A stretch of DNA of 21,651 bases from Fibrobacteria bacterium (GTDB lineage: Bacteria; Fibrobacterota; Fibrobacteria; UBA11236), in assembly GCA_041746255.1 (NCBI GenBank), contig JBGTHM010000087.1, positions 1 to 21,651 on the forward strand. The letters run 5' to 3'. A program made the translations under genes and the position numbers. The notes beneath the pieces are model-generated. The model was given only the letters and a program-made list of their open reading frames with translations, made no database searches and was not told where the DNA came from. Below are positions 18,903 to 21,651 of the stretch, piece after piece; the first letter of the stretch is position 1; the number at the start of each line of letters is the position of its first letter.

Positions 18903-19166
18903 TCAGTCGGAACCCAACTCCTTAACCAATTTGTTGTAAAGACCCATGATTAAAATACTGGGCGCCCATTGTCCCACGAACATGCTCAGGCGGTCCTTGC
19001 CCATCAGGAATGCGCTCGCGGAAACCACCATGGAGGCGATTGCGGCGAATAGGTAAAATAGGGACGGCGCCCGTCCGGTTATATTGTCGGTTTTCCGGGT
19101 AAGCTCGCCTTCCCGGGGGCGATTGGTTCTTTCCTGTTGTATCAGTTCTTCCGCGGTTGGTGACAT
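18903..19166 (-). CDS. Small (87 aa) two-TM hypothetical membrane protein, FVGQWAP..GLYNKLVK family
   Basis: Strong AAGGAGGA RBS (19171-19178) before the ATG at 19166, preferred over the 19202 start. Conserved-looking motif EGELT..PS..FVGQWAPSILIMGLYNKLVK. Confidence 0.8.
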   Translation of the reverse strand: MSPTAEELIQQERTNRPREGELTRKTDNITGRAPSLFYLFAAIASMVVSASAFLMGKDRLSMFVGQWAPSILIMGLYNKLVKELGSD

Positions 19167-19288
19167 GCATTCCTCCTTGCCGGTTGGTTGACGGGGCAAC
19201 AAGCCCCCGTCTAAATGAGGGCCACCCCAGTCATAAGGAAAAATTGGCGGGGCTGTGAGGCAAGCAAGAATTGAGGCAAGCAGGAAAT

Positions 19289-19364
19289 TGGCGTTCCCAC
19301 GGGGATTTGAACCCCGGTCGTCGCCGTGAAAGGGCGATGTCCTAGGCCACTAGACGATGGGAAC
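19289..19364 (-). tRNA. trnE: tRNA-Glu (anticodon TTC), 76 nt, encoded CCA
   Basis: Minus strand GTTCCCATCGTCTAGTGGCCTAGGACATCGCCCTTTCACGGCGACGACCGGGGTTCAAATCCCCGTGGGAACGCCA. Acceptor stem GTTCCCA/TGGGAAC, anticodon arm TCGCC-CTTTCAC-GGCGA, T-loop TTCAAAT. Confidence 0.98.
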
Positions 19365-19402
19365 GGACGCGGTAAAAGTAATTCAAACGCGGTATTTGTA
19401 AA
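19365..19402 (-). promoter_or_regulatory. Putative sigma70-type tRNA promoter
   Basis: Minus strand TTTACA (19402-19397), 16-bp spacer, TACTTT (19380-19375), then GC-rich TACCGCGTCC directly before the tRNA. Confidence 0.55.
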
Positions 19403-19435
19403 GTCGAATCCCTGCGGTCTGGCAGAATGATTTTT

Positions 19436-21412
19436 TCACCCGCCGGATTGGGGGAATTCCAGCAGATGTACACCGCTTTGTACGAAAATCCGGAATAATT
19501 CCGCGTTAAGCTTACCGCCCTTCACATCGGCAGCGATGATATCCAGCGCCTTGTCTACGGGAACGGCTTTTTTATAAGGCCGGTCGCTGGCTGTCAGGGC
19601 ATCATAGATGTCGCATATCGCCATGATTTGCGAGGGGAGGGGAATACTGCCGCTGAGAAGTCGGCATGGATATCCCGTTCCATCCAGTTTTTCATGATGG
19701 GCATGCGCTATTTCCGGTACCTGCCTCAAATCAGGCGTCCAAGGTATTTTCGACAGGAATCGATAAGTATGGGAGACGTGCTTTTCGATTTCTGTACGCT
19801 CTTCCAAGCTTAATGACCCCCTTTCGGTTAAGAGCCTAGCCACTTCATCCGGTTTTAGAATGGGGCCTTCTTCCGGGAGGTCTTGAGCTTCTCCCGCGGC
19901 CAGGATTTCCTCCAGGCGCCCTCGCAAAGCCTCGGAGAGGGGCTTGGGCTCATTGGCCAATTCGACCAATTCCAGGGCTTCCCGCAACTCCTCCAAACGC
20001 CGCACCTCGACGGCTTGCAATTCCTCGAAATCTCCTTTGGACATGGCGCTGGGATCTTTTTTTATGAGTTCCAGCTGGCGTAAAGCTGTTTGTAACCGGA
20101 TTCGGTATTGACGGGTGTCTATTCGCTGGCGCAAAATTTCCAACTCGGCCGGAAACAATTTTTTGGATTTGGTTAGAATATGTTCGCGTACTCCGATTTT
20201 ACCGAAATCGTGGAGGAGGGCGGCATACCGTAACTCCTGAATTTGTTTCTCGTTGAAATATTCGCTAGCCAGGGGCCCGGTCCTTTCCTCCGAGGTGCGA
20301 CGGGCCAGGGCGGTGCAATAACCCGAGACCCGTTGCGAATGTCCGGAAGTCGTGGGATCGCGCGACTCAATGGCCGTAACGCTGGCCTGGATGAAGCCCT
20401 CGAAAAGATGGTGTATATCCTGATCATGCTTGGCATTTAGAATGGCGATGGAGGCGTGAGAGGCCAAAGCGGTAGAAACGTTGAGATCGGTTTCGTCATA
20501 TTCCCTCACCTGCCGGTCGGCCGACTCTTCCGAGAGAATGGGTTCTTTTTTGAAAGGCGATTTATTGATGAGCTGGAGGGCGCCAATCAACCGGTTTTCC
20601 CGGTCCGCCAGTGGAATACTCAACATGGAGCGGCTTCGGTATCCGGAAAGCGCGTCGAAAGCCCCGTTATGGCGATATTCCAGAAATTCTCCCAAGTGGT
20701 AGACGTCCCGAATCAACAAGGGACGGCCTTCCAACAGCGTATATCCTACGATGGAAGATTTATCGGTGGGTACCACGCTCTCCGCGAACGCCACTTCCAC
20801 CGAATTGTTTTGCGTGAGTTTAAAGCGGATCTGTTTATCGGCCCAGTAATCGCCCTTTACTTCGGACGATCCGGGCGTGGTTTCCACCAGGTAAAGACAT
20901 CCGGCATCGCTATAGGTCAATGCCATGGCTTTTTGCAAAATCAGGTTGAGCAAGACGTCCAACCGTTTTTCGGCCATCAGGGCTAATCCGATGTGACGAA
21001 GCTGATCGTAGCGCGCCTCGGATATAGCGCAATCATTGCGCAGACTGAGGCAGTACTCCTTGTATTGGAGCAGCCTTTGCGCGCTTTTTAAGGTCTTGTC
21101 CCAGTCAGTCGGAGTGGGGAAGGGGGGGAGGTGCAAATCCACCCAATCCGGCGCCCGGTTTTCCCAAATGCCATCCGGGTCCCATAATAGGGCCACGATA
21201 TGAGAGGACATCGACTCGATGTCGGCTATTTTTGCCTGGGTCGGGGTGACAAGGAGGATGCTGAAGGGTTTCGCATCCTGGAGGCTATCGGCTTTTCCCA
21301 GGCGGATTTTAATCCCGCCGGACAATTGCTCCGGAGGCGCCAAGGAAGTGAAATTGTGCAAAAGCACCTCTTGCACCCTTGTCGGGACGGATATCTGGAT
21401 GGGAAACGCCAC
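19436..21412 (-). CDS. GAF and HD-GYP domain protein (cyclic di-nucleotide phosphodiesterase-like); start codon uncertain
   Basis: GAF (SMLSIPL..IGALQLINK), IESRDPTTSGHSQRV, LLHDFGKIG, HHEKLDGTGYP, DIYDALTASDRPYKK. Confidence 0.93.
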   Translation of the reverse strand: MAFPIQISVPTRVQEVLLHNFTSLAPPEQLSGGIKIRLGKADSLQDAKPFSILLVTPTQAKIADIESMSSHIVALLWDPDGIWENRAPDWVDLHLPPFPTPTDWDKTLKSAQRLLQYKEYCLSLRNDCAISEARYDQLRHIGLALMAEKRLDVLLNLILQKAMALTYSDAGCLYLVETTPGSSEVKGDYWADKQIRFKLTQNNSVEVAFAESVVPTDKSSIVGYTLLEGRPLLIRDVYHLGEFLEYRHNGAFDALSGYRSRSMLSIPLADRENRLIGALQLINKSPFKKEPILSEESADRQVREYDETDLNVSTALASHASIAILNAKHDQDIHHLFEGFIQASVTAIESRDPTTSGHSQRVSGYCTALARRTSEERTGPLASEYFNEKQIQELRYAALLHDFGKIGVREHILTKSKKLFPAELEILRQRIDTRQYRIRLQTALRQLELIKKDPSAMSKGDFEELQAVEVRRLEELREALELVELANEPKPLSEALRGRLEEILAAGEAQDLPEEGPILKPDEVARLLTERGSLSLEERTEIEKHVSHTYRFLSKIPWTPDLRQVPEIAHAHHEKLDGTGYPCRLLSGSIPLPSQIMAICDIYDALTASDRPYKKAVPVDKALDIIAADVKGGKLNAELFRIFVQSGVHLLEFPQSGG

Positions 21413-21567
21413 GGGGCCATTATATCCCCCGGTGGAAAGAATTCACAAGTTGATACCGCATGGGCCGATCCGGGCGGTATTATATCTTTATCTTTTGGCA
21501 AAACTATTTTAAACTGTAGTCTTACCAAAACGGCTTTTATTCCGAGGTACGGGAGCGTTTTTCCGAC

Positions 21568-21651
21568 ATGAAATACGGCATTTATTCCGACATCCACAGT
21601 AACCTGGAAGCGCTTACCAAAGTGCTGGAGGCCATGGATGAGGCCGGAGTT
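21568..21651 (+). CDS. Metallophosphoesterase (calcineurin-like) family protein, 5' part, truncated by the window edge
   Basis: Absent from the ORF track. ATG at 21568 gives MKYGIYSDIHSNLEALTKVLEAMDEAGV, with the motif-I SDIHSN; GGGAG upstream. Confidence 0.88.
   Translation, partial: MKYGIYSDIHSNLEALTKVLEAMDEAGV

Noticed and set aside
18768..18953. 61-aa ORF on the + strand after the hydrolase
   Set aside because: No clear RBS or motif, runs through the palindrome, and overlaps the better-supported minus-strand gene.
19241..19364. tRNA-anchored genomic island
   Set aside because: No integrase and no long duplicate of the tRNA 3' end in the window; only a 9-bp match.
21493..21530. c-di-GMP-I riboswitch or sigma54 promoter near the HD-GYP gene (TTTTGGCAAAA...CCAAAA)
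   Set aside because: It lacks the GAAA tetraloop and GACGCAAAGC core, and has no TTGC at -12; only an imperfect inverted repeat.
21200..21597. ORFs 21200..21571, 21219..21512 and 21226..21597
   Set aside because: They overlap the HD-GYP and metallophosphoesterase starts and have no recognisable features.

Overview
A gene-dense bacterial chromosomal window of roughly 50-55% GC (estimated by eye). I found no integrase, transposase, CRISPR array or rRNA. In order: a HupE/UreJ-type membrane protein; a small secreted protein ending in a T9SS type-A-like sorting domain, translationally coupled to a signal-peptide-bearing fibre protein (17-aa Gly/Asn repeats, C-terminal peptidase-S74 chaperone); a 2.1-kb pseudogene with four frame disruptions; a poly-HAMP/GAF/HK/3xREC hybrid kinase (276-bp repeats, degenerate middle receiver) with a REC-PAS-HK-REC partner; DUF547 and dienelactone hydrolase genes; a DUF2795/DUF5789-like protein divergent from a GT4 + amylo-alpha-1,6-glucosidase pair; a small membrane protein; tRNA-Glu(TTC); a GAF/HD-GYP phosphodiesterase; and the start of a metallophosphoesterase. 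The best candidate for an under-described system is the sorting-domain protein + S74 fibre pair, possibly a piggy-back secretion module for a phage-fibre-like adhesin. An FCB-group host is inferred from the sorting domain only. All family calls come from motif recognition, not database searches.
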